From: Squalus acanthias | Lineage: Eukaryota | Direction: 5' to 3' | Assembly: GCA_030390025.1 (NCBI GenBank) | Contig: CM059432.1 | Location: 143,346,001-143,410,000 of the forward strand | DNA: 64,000 nucleotides | In this document: positions 38,028-51,085 of the stretch, piece by piece | Layout: each line of letters starts with the position of its first letter | Numbering within the stretch: the stretch's first letter is position 1 | The notes under the pieces: generated by a model | What the model was told of the DNA's origin: nothing | Database searches by the model: none | Seen by the model: only the letters and a program-made list of their open reading frames with translations | Translations under genes and position numbers: made by a program

Positions 38028-38538
38028 CAACAACGTGCATTTATACAGCACCTTTAACGTAGTAAAATGTCCCAAGGCGCTTCACAGGAGTGTTATCAAA
38101 CAAAATATAATACCAAGTCACATGAGGAGAGATTTGGACAGGTGATCAAAAGCTTGGTCAAAGAGGTAGGTTTTAAGGAGCATCTTAAAAGGAGAGAGCG
38201 ATGGAGAGACTAAGAGGTTTTAGGAGAAAATTCCAGAGCTTAGGGCCTAAGCAGCTGAAGGCATGGCTGTCAATGGTGGGGCATTGAAAATGGGGGATGC
38301 GCAAGAGGCCAGAATTGAAGGAACGCAGAGATCTTGAAGGGTTGTAGGGCTGGAGGAGATTACAGAGATAGGGAGGGGGCGAGGCCATGGAGGGATTTGA
38401 ACACAAGGATGAAAAAAAAAAATTTAAATCGAGGCGTTGCCAGACTGGGAACCAATATAGGTCAGCAAGCACAGGGGTGATGGGCGAACGGGACTTGGCG
38501 CAAGTTAGGACACAGGCAGCAGAGTTTTGGATGAGCTG
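38028..38538 (-). mobile_element. L2-type LINE 3' fragment
   Basis: LADLYWFPVWQRLD and HAFSCLGPKLWN motifs; L2-type tail. Confidence 0.87.
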
Positions 38539-41500
38539 ACCTTCTATTAACAGAGATAATTACTGTTAAACTGAACAAAAGTTGTGACCGATATTAACAA
38601 ACATAATTCTCTTGCAGACCGTTAGTTGGGCTTTCTCTGAACCTGGATTTCAGAGGTGAAAGGGTGAGGCTTCAAAACTGTATACTGAGGCACATCTGCC
38701 TCATCCAGATCCCAATCACCAATGGTGAAGCTTTTTACAAAACTGACTACCTCTATTTACAGAATTTGTTTTACTTAAGGATGCTTGTGCTCTTATTTAA
38801 GATTATATCATGTTAACCAAACTGCAAAACAGCAGATTTTAGTAATGTACAGTATAATTCCTGTATTTAATGTACGTACCATTCAGTCAGTTTGCATTAC
38901 GTAAACAGCTTTGGGCTTAGAAGCCTTTCACAACCATACTTCAATTTTAATTTTCTGGGCAAGTTTTTAAATTTCTCTGCAAGTGTAATTTTCCAATAGA
39001 CTTTAAAAATCTAATGATATATTAGTTCTACTGATATATTAGTTCTACTGATTTATTGGAGATATCAACTGGTGCCAGCTAGTGGTAATTAACATGTGAC
39101 CAAATATTTGCTTTTGTTAACACTGAAAGGAAACAGTGGTTGACTCTTGATGCAAAAGCATTTGATAATAGTTTAAACTTAGCAAAAAAAGTTTTTAAAA
39201 TTTATTCTCCATTTGGAAAGACACTAGAACACAGAAATCCTGTTACACAAGGAGGAAACAGCCCTGCACTTTGGACCGAGAGAATCCTACTGACAGGTGC
39301 TGGAAAATTGTGCTCATTATTCATCTCCCTTCAGCTGATAGCTACGGGAAAATATGAACTTCACCCCGAGGCGCTTGACAGAAATGGATGCCTTTGAGTA
39401 AAACATAAACTTAATGAAGGTAATCAAAGGAACACAAGAATTTTCTAAGAGTGTTTAATCGTGTTGTGAAATACGTCGTTTAAAAATGTTTTTATGTTAC
39501 AAAGAGCCCTTAGTTTACAGGCTAAGGGGGAAAATATTGGCTGAAAATTTGCAAGTATTTTCAGTGGTTTGTCTGAATACGTCTGTTCTTATTGGTGGAC
39601 TTTGCAAATTCATGATTGATTTGCTCTTGCATAAAATTCTTAGTTCATAATTGGCTCATTTAGTTCTGATTTTTGATTGGTTAGTTGCAAAGCTATTGAA
39701 TCATGATTTACTAAATGGGAAAATAAGTGCAGTGTGACAAGATAGTGTGATGCCTGAAGTGTGACAGAGGAAATGCAGTGCGACAGGCAGGATGTAGGTG
39801 CTAAAATGTAATTATATTTTGCGGTATTAATAGATTCAGAGTTCAAGCATTAAAATATGTAAAAGCAGAATAGCTTGAAAATGCACAAAGTTAATCACAT
39901 TTTAATAGAGAGTGCAAAATGTTCTACGTGTGACACAAGAAGAATGGGCTAGAGCCAGGGCCGCCTTCACCTCTTAAACCATACGCCAGGAGGATCTAGC
40001 ACTCTCAGAAGAGGCGGGGGCGTGAAGAGGCACAACAGCTAATCTGACGGGAGCTGTCAAACAATTCTTTTTCTTTTACAGTCGTGTCTAACAAAGCTTC
40101 AACACATTTCAATATGGAATCACAATCTAAATGATTCGAGTTAAAATGCATTCAGAAAAGGTTAATATATTCTTTTTGTTTGCATTGATTTGTCCAGCCC
40201 TCACTAAAAAAACAAAACAATTCTTAGCAATAAAATGTTGGAGAAAAATGGAGGTGTGCACTCGTACGCAGATTGCAGGCATTTGCCTCCCACGAGATGA
40301 CGCCTGTATTCAGACTGCACTTCTCCTCGTAGAGTGGGGAGGAAAGAATGAATGATCAGGTGCAGAGATAAAGTTCACGACTTCCCTTCAGCACATCGTC
40401 GTCAACCCAAGTGTGATTCATGCCAGGAAATGTGTGACAGAAGCCAAGGAAATGTGTGACAGAAGCCAAGGAAATGACATAATGGGAGATCTCCCGGCAA
40501 CCACAAGATGCAGAGTAACACACCTGCTCAACTATGGCAACTGAGCTCAGTCGAGTCATTTGATCGTGCATTAACATTCACTTTCTTAGTTAACAGACTT
40601 TTTTTTTAAATTACTAAATTATAATGATTTACAACCCCATCCTAATGTGTTAGCTTGTTTGCTATCTTCTGCCAAGTGATCTTGTGAGCAAACTAAAGAG
40701 AGCCGTTATCATTTAGAACTAATGTTTTCTGGATATATTTATAAATAGATGCCTAATGCAACAAAAAAAATTGAACCAGGGTGATAAACTAATGAGAAAA
40801 TCCACCGAAAGATAAATGTCTTAATATCTGAAATGGGATTTTGTTATTTCTTTCTTAAATTTATTCCACATGCTTAGTTGACTTCATGACCTATTCATAT
40901 AAAACCTCCCACACTAAACTAAAAATTGAAGTTCAAGATGTTTTAAAAGAAATTTATCTGCATTCCCCCCTCCTCAATTGTATGGAGAATGTTCAACTGG
41001 ATACAGCAAAATCAGGAGTTAAACTCCAAATTAATCTTGGATATTAAATGCCTTGAAGCTGTGAAATTACTTTGTTTAGTGCACTGTGAAATATATGGCT
41101 AAGGAAAACCCATTATCTGGCATCTATCTCCTTGTCACAACTCATAAAAGTGATATTTTCTACGCAAGTTTTTCCTTTTTTTTTTAGATGTACTAGTCCA
41201 TCTCTCGTGACAGTGTGCACAGAAAGGGAATACAAATTTTAGTCTTGGTGGATTGGGGGTCGAGGGCAGGGGATATTAGTGCGAGGTGTGCAGACCCAAG
41301 ATTTTTAATAAGATAAAAAGATATTAGATAATTACTTTCCCTTTCTGGTGTTGCATTACATTACCTATTTTAAATAATTACCTCACTGCTTTGAGCCCAG
41401 TATAGATTATATAATATTAGATAATTATCATACCTCTTTGACCCAGTAGTGAATTGCACTCTATCCTATATTATGACTACCTCAGCTCTCTAACCCAAGT

Positions 41501-43371
41501 AATGAAGTATTATCAATATTATGTTAGAGAATCACCTCAGGTCTAAGTCCAGTAATGAATTCCATTCCATGCATTACAAATTACCCCATCTTTCTGGTGC
41601 TCACGATTCTAAGATCCACGATTTTAAGATTTCACAATCTTGGAGAAACAGGCCATCCAGCGACTAAGAGGTCAGGAAGGAGGGGGCGGGGGGGGGGGGT
41701 GGGGGAGTAGTCATGGCTAATGATGAGCATGGGAAGTTGGAAAGACAGGCCATCGAGCAACTAATAGCCCACGGTGAGGGGTATTCGGGACTGAGAATTG
41801 GACACCAAAGTTGCTCTAGACATTGGGGGGGGGTGGGGAGGGGGGGATAGAAAGGGATGTCTAGCCGTGGAAAGGCTAATCAGAGAGCTGGGATTAACAG
41901 CGGCAGCCAGGAAATTGGCCGCTGAAGTGCCAACTAGCGAAGGAAGTGGCCGAGAACAGGGAGCAGGAATTGAACTTTATAAAAAAAATTAAATACTAAC
42001 ATTCAAAATGCTGAATAAAATTAAAATGAAACATTAAGAAGAAGTGCCTGTTTCAAGGCGTGGGGGATGAATGTGGGAGGCTAGCTGGAGGCCCTACGCA
42101 GAAGGCCCGAGAATAATATTTTGTGGAGGGGGGGGGGGGGGGGGGGGGGAGGAGGAGAAGAGAAATATTACACGGAGGGAGAAAATGGCAAACACTTTTC
42201 AGTTAAAAATACAAATAGTTAAAATTTAACAAAACGAAAAATCTCACCCGTTTACTCACCTCCGATGGCAGGAATCCAAACTGGCAGTAACTTGGAACCA
42301 ACTCCAGTACTTCACAGTGTGGCCCAGCGGCCAGAATATGGAACTAAAGCAGTTCTTAAAGTAATCTGGCGTCATAGTCCATCACATTAATGGGGAAAAC
42401 CGGGTTAAAAATGTGACAGGAAGAGGCGTCACCAGAAGTGGACACAATTAAATGGAAAAAGCTATAGGATTTCTCACTTGAGCAGGAACACAGATCTGTT
42501 CCTGGGAAAGGAAGAGCCTGATCTGAGGCTTCCTAACATCCAAGGAGTTGGTATTTCAGGTGGGAAATGAGAGGCTAGGCTTTTGGGAGGAACTTCTTTG
42601 ATGGGGTTGCATCTGAGGCAGGTTGAGGATGTTGGCTAGTGTTAATCCATTTTGAGATTCCTAACAATCAACTGCATCGACAGGGCATTTATAGTATTAT
42701 CTGTGTGTTAACTGTATTAAAATGATGTAGTGAAGGTTTTACTGATTTAATTTTCAAAAATATATTCTCTTGAACAGTTTATATCTACATATTAAAAAAT
42801 ATAATTTCCTTCAAAAATGGCTTTTTCCATATTAATTATGTCCACTCCTGCTGATGCCTGTTCCTGTCATTAGAAAACAGCGAATCCTTCAGTTTACTGT
42901 GAGCAAACCTGCTAGAAATCTTGATTCTCATTGATATTAATAAATCGTGACAGGGATTTATTCATATTTCCACTTTCTACTGTCAAGCCAATCTCCAACC
43001 CAACTTTCCAATCTGTCCTATGTATAAAACTTGAATTTTGATCTGAATGTTTTAACATTTAAACCCAATTGCAGAAAGCACCAAGGAGGAAATTGTGCAC
43101 ATAATGTCTGGTCTGGTCAGGTTTCGAAGTTGAATATGTATCGTATCACACTGAACCAGTGGGGTATTCCCATTTATACAGGAGAATGCAGGTATTGCAA
43201 CAGCATTTTCACAATTCAATATTTGTGTTATGTGAATAGAATAGACAGATACGTCACTGGGGCTATACTTTGTGTTCAAAGTGTTCATAGCGACTCACAA
43301 AAATATTGAATGCTAAGCAAGCTGGTAACCAGGTTAAGTAAATAATTAGGTGTGAAGTAGCTATGAGAGGT

Positions 43372-45982
43372 CATAGAGTCATAACGGCACAGAAGGAGGC
43401 CATTCGGCCCATCGAGTCCATGCCGGCTCTCTGTAGAGCAATCCAGTCAGTCCCATTCCCCCGCAAGTTTATTTCCCTCAAGTGCCTATCCAGTCTCCCC
43501 TTGAAAACATTGAGTGTCTCCACTTCCACCACTTCCGTCGGCAGCGAATTCCAGGTCATCACCAAAAAAGTTATTCCTCACATCCCCCCTGTATCTCTTG
43601 CCCAAAACCTTAAATCTGTGTCCCCTAGTCCTTGTACCATCAACTAGTGGGAACAGCCTTTCCTCGTCCAGCCTATCCAAACCCGTCATAACCTTATACA
43701 CCTCTATCAAATCATCTCTCAACCTCCTTTACTCTAATGAAAACAAATCCAGCTTCTCCAACCTGTCCTTGTAGCTAAGATCCCCCATCCCGGAACCATT
43801 CTGGTAAATCTCCTCTGCACCCTCTCAAGGGCCTTCACATCCTTCCTAAAGTGTGGTGACCAGAACTGGACGCAATACTCCAGTTGTGGCCTAACCAGCG
43901 CTGTATAAAGGTTCAGCATAACTTCTCTACTTTTGTACTCAATACCTCTATTTATGAAACCCAAGATCCCATATGCTTTGTTAATCACTCTCTCAATATG
44001 TCCTGCCACCTTCAGGGACCCATTCACATTAGCTCTCAGGTCCCTCTGTCCCTGCACACTCCTTAAAACTGTGTCAGTAAGTGTATATTGCCTCTCCCTG
44101 TTCCTTCTGCCAAAATGCATCACCTCACACTTCTCTCTATTAAATTCCATCTGCCACTTGTCTGCCCATTCTGCTAGCCTTTCTATGTCCTGTTGCAGTC
44201 AATTGATATCACCATCACTGTTTGTCACACCCCCAAGTTTGGTGTCATCGGCAAATTTAGAAATTCTACTCTGTATTCCAATATCCAGGTCATTTATATA
44301 TATCTCAAAAAAAGCAGTGGCCCCAGCACTGACCCTTGGGGAGCACCACTGTCTACCATCCTCCAGTCTGAAAAACAGCCATTTACCACAACTCGCTGTT
44401 TTCTGTCCTTAAGCCAATTCCTTATCCAAGTTGCCACTGACCCACCTATTTCATGAGCCTCAATTTTGTTAACCAGCCTTCTATGTGGTACTTTGTCAAA
44501 TGCCTTCCGAAAATTCATGTAGACAACATCCATTGCATTCCGTTCATCAATCCTCTGTTACTTCATCAAAAAATTCAATTAGATTAGTCAAACATGATCT
44601 TCCTTTTGCAAACCAGTGTTGGCTCTCCTTAATTAGCTTAAACCTCTCCAAATGCCCATTAATTTTTTCCTTGGATTATTGTTTCTAAAACTTTACCCAC
44701 CACTGATGTTAAACTGACCGGCCTGTAGTTACTAGGATTATCCTTACACCCTTTCTTGAACAATGGTGTCACATTTGTCACTTTCCAATCCTCAGGCACC
44801 TCCCCCGCATCTAGGGAAGGTTGGAAAATTATGGCAAGCCCTTCCGCTATCTCCTCCCCCAATTCCCTTAGCAACCTGGGATGCAAGTCATCTGGACCAG
44901 GCGACTTGTCCACTCTAAGCATACCCAGTCTTTCTAGTACATCCTGTCTATCAATTTTCACCCTTTCCATTGCACCGATATTTTGTCAGCATCCACCTCC
45001 TTATTAAACACTGATACAAAGTACTCATTGAGTATTCTAGCCTTGCCCTGCGCCTCTAAGCATATATCACCTTCTTTGTCTCCAATAGGCCCCACCCCGC
45101 CTCTTACGACCCGCTTACTGTTTACATGCCAGAAGAATACTTTTGGGTTCCCTTTTTTGTTAACTGCCATTCTACTCTCATATTCTCTCTTTGCCAATCT
45201 TATTTTCATCTTCACATCCCCTCTCAATTTACTGTATTTGGTCTGGTTCTCCCTTGAAGAATTCACCTGACATGCATCATACACCCTCTTTTTTTGTTTC
45301 ATCATCTTCTAAATCTCCCTCATCATCCAAGGAGCCCTTGCTTTGGTTCCCTTGCCCTTCCCTCTTGTTGGAATGTACCTAGCCTGTACTTGGAACATCT
45401 CCTCCTTAAAGAGCACCCATTGTTCTGTTACAGTTTTTCCTGTCAGTCTTTGGTTCCATTTTACCCTGGCTAGATCCTTTCACATCCCATTGAAGTTAGC
45501 CCTATTCCAGTTTAGAAGTTCCACTCTAGATTGTTCCTTGCTCCTCTCCATTGCTAATCTAAATCTTATGATACGATGATCACTCGTACCCAAGTGTTCT
45601 CCCATAGACACTTGGTCGACCTGGCCCACCTCATTCCCCAGCACCAGATCCAGCAATGCCTTCTTCCTAGTTGGGACATCATCATACTGGTCAAGGAAAT
45701 TCTCCTGAACACATTTCAGAAATTCCTCCCCCTCCTTTCCCTTTACCCTAGCATTATCCCAATCAATATTTGGGTAATTAAAGTCCCCCAATATCACCAC
45801 TCTATAGCTCTTGCATATCTCTGCGATTTCCCTGCAGATTTGCTCCTCTACCTCCCCCTCACTATTTGGAGGCCTATAGAATACCCTCAATAGCGTGATC
45901 ATACCCTTTTTGCTCCTCAACTCTAACCAAATGGATTCTGTCCTTGTCCCCTCAAGAACATCCTCCCTTTCCAACACTACAA
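43372..45982 (-). mobile_element. CR1 LINE, long frameshifted ORF2
   Basis: [55 protein letters not shown] and LEYCVQFWSP motifs; ctctatga tail. Confidence 0.96.
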
Positions 45983-46234
45983 TGTGTGGGAAGTAAAAAG
46001 AGGGAGAAATTAATTCAGAAGCAGAAGATTTAGAGTCACAAAGTTACAAGAGGAAGGACAGGCAGAAATACAAAAGATTTTTTTAAAACTTGAAATAAAC
46101 ACTTTTTTTTAAAAAGTGTAACTACCAATTAACACAAAAGAATGAACACTTCTCTGACTAAAATTAAGATTAAGAGTAAATGCTATGCAGTAGTCAGACA
46201 TAGAAGGAATTAATGGGACACCTGAAATCTCAAG

Positions 46235-47440
46235 ACATCACCTCTTGGGTAAAAAACATGATATTGGCTCAGAAGATCAAGATGTAGAATCAGTTTGGGT
46301 AGAGATAAAGAAATAAGGGAAAGAAGTCACTGGTGGGAGTAGTCTATAGGCCCCCTAACAGTAGCTACACTGTAGGATAGAGTATAAATCAAGAAATAAT
46401 GGAGGCTTGCAAGAAAGGTACTGCAATAATCATGGGCGATTTTAATCTTCATATAGATTGGACAAATCAAATTGGCAAAGGTAGCCTTGAGGAAGAATTC
46501 ATAAGAGTGTATTCGGGATGGTTTCTTAGAACAATACATTGAGGAACCAACCAGGGGGCAGGTTATTTTAGATCTGGTAATGTGTAATGAGATAGGATTA
46601 ATGAATGATCTCATAGTGAAGGATCCTTGAGGGAAGAGTGATCATAGCATGTTGGAATTTCAAATTCAGTTTGAGGGCGAGAAACTTGGGTCTCAAACTA
46701 GTGTCCTGAACTTAAATAAAGGCAATTACAAAAGGTATGAAGACAGAGTTGGCTAAAGTGGACTGGGAAAATAGATTAAAGGGTAAGACGGTAGATAAGC
46801 AGTGGCAGACATTTAAGGAGATATTTTATAACTCTCAGCAAAGATATATTCCAGTGAAAAAGAAAGACTCTAAGAGAAGAATGAACCATCCGTGGCGAAC
46901 TAAGGAAGTTAAGGATGGTATCAAATTGAAAACAAAGGCATACTATGATGCGAAGATTCGTGGTAGGCCAGAGGATTGGGAAATTTTTAGAAACCTGCAA
47001 AGAACAACTAAAAAAAACAATAAAAAGAGAGAAGATAGATTATGAGAGTAAACTAGCAAGAAATATAAAAACCAGACAGTAAGAGCTTCTACAAGTATAT
47101 AAAAAGGAAGAGAGTAACTAAAGTAAACGTTGGTCCCTTAGAGGATGAAACTGGGGAATTAATAATGGGAAACAGGGAAATGGCAGAGACTTTGAACAAA
47201 TATTTTGTATCGGTCTTCACGGTAGAAGACACTAAAAGCATCCCAATAATAATAGATAATCAAGGGGCTATAGGAAGGGGGGAACTTAAAACAATCACAA
47301 GAGAAAAAGTACTAGGCAAACTTATGGGACTAAAGGTGGACCTGATGGGCTGCATCCTAGGGTCTTAAAAGAAGTGACTGCAGAGATAGTAGATGCATTG
47401 GTTGTAATCTACCAAAATTCCCTAGACTCTGGCAATGTCC
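46235..47440 (+). mobile_element. CR1 LINE ORF2 5' part (endonuclease to start of RT), divergently oriented to the adjacent CR1
   Basis: GVVYRPPNS, IMGDFN, GKSDHS and MAETLNKYFVSVFT motifs. Confidence 0.92.
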
Positions 47441-48067
47441 CATGATCTACATAGATGTATTCTATGGAGCTCAAGGCCATAATATAAAGTTTACAACCAT
47501 GTCCCCAATAATTTGCATAGACCTTGAGTTGCTGATATCAACAGATCCTGAATCATGATGCTCTGATCAAGAAATAGCAGAGCTGAAACAGCTCTCTCCA
47601 AACCTTCATGCCCACAAAATTCAAACAGACCAGCAAATAAGAGAGAGAGTTCAAGGCTTTGGACTGGGGTCACAACTTGGGAAATCCTGCTCTAGAGCAT
47701 CAAAACTCCTTTCATCACTGGGGACATATGTCGAAACGACACACAGATATATCTACAAGAGCGAGCAGAATGTCCAATTGCTAGCCTGAAAATTTGTTTG
47801 GGACACCTCTATTGGGTATCTCTGTATGTAATGGTATCTGTGCAATTCTACTGCCCAACCCATCAGGTACAACCTTTACAGAGTTTTACTTCATATTTGC
47901 AGATGATATTTCGTGCCCTTGGTTCCTTCTGTGGAAGCATGTGGTGCATGGGAAGCTACCTGTAATCACATACTATAAAAGATGTCCCGTGAAATACTCT
48001 GCTCCAATCAGATAACTGGACTTTTGTTTTTTTATTGCTTGATAGCTAAACGTAAAATTATACAACT

Positions 48068-48410
48068 AAATAGAATCATACAGCACAGAAAGAGGCCATT
48101 CAGCTCATCGTGCCTGTGCCGGCTCTTTGAAAGAGCTATGCAATTAGTCCCACTCCCCTACTCTTTCCCCATTGCCCTGCAATTTTTTTCCTTTTCAAGT
48201 ATTTATCCAATTCCCTTTTGAAAGTTATTATTGGATCTGCTTCCACCGCCCTTTCAGGCAGCGCATTCCGGATCACAACAACTCGCTGCGTAAAAAACAT
48301 TCTGCTCATCTCGCCCGTCTTTTTTGTCAATGATCTTAAATCTGTGACCTCTTGGTTAGCGACCCTCCTGCCAGCGGAAACATTTCCTCGGAACTATTCT
48401 ATGAAAACCC
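48068..48410 (-). mobile_element. CR1 3' end fragment
   Basis: FFTQRVV..RNALPERAVEA motif and tail; similar copy at 52015-52270. Confidence 0.85.
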
Positions 48411-48485
48411 CTCTTGGTCCACTTGTTACGGTTTCTGTCCCATTATGTTGTAACTATGAAGAACGAGAGTGGGGAAAGTACTTGC

Positions 48486-48690
48486 CTATTGTCATTAATT
48501 GTCCAAGTGCCAAGGCCATGGTCAACTGAAGAGTACAACTGGCCGTCTACGAAAGCGGCTTGTCCTTTCACTCCAACTTGCAAGTGATCTGGCGACAACT
48601 GGAAGTCTATGCTCTGCTTTGTTGTGTTATCTGGTAGTTGCATGTTTACAGTCAGATCTTCATCCGTCTGCTGCCAATAATATACTGGTT
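48486..48690 (-). CDS. NUDCD1: NUDCD1 coding exon 6 equivalent, 205 nt (CS/p23-like NudC domain); ends at a GC donor
   Basis: (E)PVYYWQQTDEDLTVNMQLPDNTTKQSIDFQLSPDHLQV...GQLYSSVDHGLGTWTINDN, with the CS-domain YxWxQT motif. Acceptor tttcacag|AA. Donor AG|gcaagt gives the phase 2 required by the next exon. Confidence 0.93.
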
Positions 48691-49037
48691 CTGTGAAATT
48701 AAAATCCAATTTCTCACCATTACTAAACAAGACAAAGCATCGCCAGCTATCCCACTAACCTCCCCTACCCCGCCAATTTTTTAAAATTTTATTTCCTAGA
48801 CCACTATTGGGAAAAACAAAAAGTAGCAAGTGCTTCATGAATGTACTATTGCAAAATATCAAAGTGCCAGTCTGCTGTGCAGTGCTCCATCCAAAGGCTC
48901 CTGAACACTGCACAGATTACATGCATTTGCTCAGAGCTTTTCTCCAATTATACAGGATACTCGAGGGGCAGTTGCTGAATTTTGAATTTATACGAGTTGT
49001 GTCGGCCCAAATTATGACTGAAATAAATTCGAGATAA

Positions 49038-50346
49038 TACTTTAAAAAAAAAATGTATACATTAAGATTACGAACTACAAATATATTTAAAACCAACAAC
49101 ATAACTTGCTTCCCCCCAAGAAGCTCAGTGGACTCGGACAGTGAGTAGCTCAGCTGTACAAACCAAGAACGTTGTAGGTTTGAGCCAAGATCTGTGTTGA
49201 GTTAGCTCATGTCAGTGGTAAAGATGCAATGCATGGCTCCAGCGCCCCCGAGTTAAGGGGTTAAGGAGAGGGAAACAGTCAGCGTTCTCATTCGAATCAC
49301 AACACTTGTATTATTCATTACTGCATCAATTTTATTTTAATCTGACCTATTGCAAACGTGGAAGATGCTTTAATATCAAGCTAATCTTTACAGGTAATCT
49401 TTTCTCATGATCTGTTTCCCCAGAATATTCTGTCTATTTTAAAACTTCCATTGGTAGGGATTAATTTTTTTTTATAAATGGGACAGGTAAATTCCAATCA
49501 TCTCAGCAACTTGCTATGGAGCTAGTGTAAGCAATTTACTCCGAGTTTGAGATTGCGATATTACAGCGAATATATTAGACAAGCATAGTTACCAACACTC
49601 ACATGGGAACACTCCCTGCTTCAGTTACTTCCTGAACTGCAACCACATTTACAAGGCCAGTCGCAGAAAGGAAACTGCCCCACAGAGCCAAGTTATTGTA
49701 AGCTACTGTTTCCGAGTCATTAATTGCAATAGTTTTGGCGAGTTAGTGGATTATGACAAAGCCACACTCAAATAAGTTAGCAACCAATTACAAAATGTAT
49801 TGACTGGTCTGTTTTCTCTCTCTCGACCCCCTCAAATATCTTGTGGAATCTGATGAAAGATCCTTGACCTGAAACATTAACTCTACCTTCCGCTCTCCAC
49901 AGATGCTGCCTGACCCGTCGAGTGTTTCCAGTATTTTATTTCAGATTTCCAGCATCTGAGCTCTTTTGCTTTTTGTAAATATATTGTGGACTTTGATAAC
50001 GGTGAAACAAACGGTCAAATTTAGCATCTTTAAAAATAAATGCTTTGCATTCAAACATTATTATTGAAATGGTCATCCATTAATATGTTGAAACTGTTAA
50101 TGCCACTTTTTAAAAAATGTATACATTAAGATTACAAACTACAAATATTTAAAACGAACATAACAACTTGCTTCCCCCAAAAAGTTCAGTGGACTCTGAC
50201 AGTGAGTAGTAGGAACGTTGTAGGTTTGAGCCAAGATCTGTGTTGAGTTAGCTCATGTCAGTGGTAAAGATGCTATGAATGGCTCCAGCACCCCAGAGTT
50301 AAGGGGTTAAGGAGAGGGAAACAGTCAGCGCTCTCATTCGAATCAC
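49038..50346. repeat. Dispersed direct duplication, ~250 bp (49038-49300 and 50106-50346)
   Basis: aaaaatgtatacattaagattac...ggaaacagtcagcg..ctcattcgaatcac occurs twice, about 1.06 kb apart. Confidence 0.9.
49850..49975 (+). mobile_element. Degenerate Penelope-like terminal repeat with decayed hammerhead
   Basis: ctgatgaaagatccttgacctgaaacattaactc...ctctccacagatgctgcctgacc; helix I, helix II and the helix III palindrome are disrupted. Confidence 0.75.
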
Positions 50347-50379
50347 TATTCACCAACCCCCGCTTTAATTGTATCCTTG

Positions 50380-51085
50380 TCGTCCAGGTAGCATTTGACC
50401 AGAGTGTGCCACCAAGGAGCCCCAATAAAACGGAAGTCAATGGGGATCAGGGGAAAACTCTCCACTAGCTGCAGTCATACCTAGCACAAAGGAAGATGGT
50501 CGTGGTTGTTGGAGGCCAATCATCTCAGCCCCAGGACATCGCTGCAGGAGTTCCTCAGTGCAGCGTTGCGCTACACAAGTGCCAGTCAATGACCATCTCC
50601 AACAAGGGAGAGTCTAAACATCTCCCCATGACATTCAATGGCATTACTATCGCCAAATCCCCCATCCTGGGAGTCACCATTGATCAGAAACTCAACTGGA
50701 CCAGCCTCATAAATGCCGTAGCTACTAGAGCAGGTCAAGATTTTTTAATTCATTCTTGGGATATGGGCATCGCTAACAAGACTGGCATTTATTGCCCATC
50801 CCTAGTTGCCCTGAGAAGTCCTTGAAGTGTTGAACTGCTGCAGTCCGTGTGGTGAAGGTGCTCCCACAGTGCTGTTATGCAGGGAGTTCCAGGATTTTGA
50901 TCCAGCGACGAGGAAGGAACGGCGATATATTTGTCCAAGTCAGGATGGTGTGTGACTTGGAGGTGATGGTGTTCCCATGCGCCTGTTGCCCTTGTCCTTC
51001 TAGGTGCTGCAGGTTGCAGGTTTGGGAGGTGCTGCCGAAGAAGCCTTGGCGAGATGCTGCAATGCAACTGACCACCATCCAGTGA
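50380..51085. mobile_element. Two CR1-type fragments (50380-50735 plus, 50740-51085 minus)
   Basis: AGVPQCSV and ILGVTIDQKLNWT RT motifs, followed by the reversed 3' tail family. Confidence 0.8.

Noticed and set aside
30530..40480. Short tandem duplications (14 bp near 30530, 17 bp near 39015, 22 bp near 40425)
   Set aside because: Ordinary two-copy slippage events with nothing further to suggest function.
48471..48481. Canonical GT donor (CAA|GTACTT) for exon 6
   Set aside because: Phase 0 is incompatible with the phase-2 start of exon 7, and the consensus match is poor.
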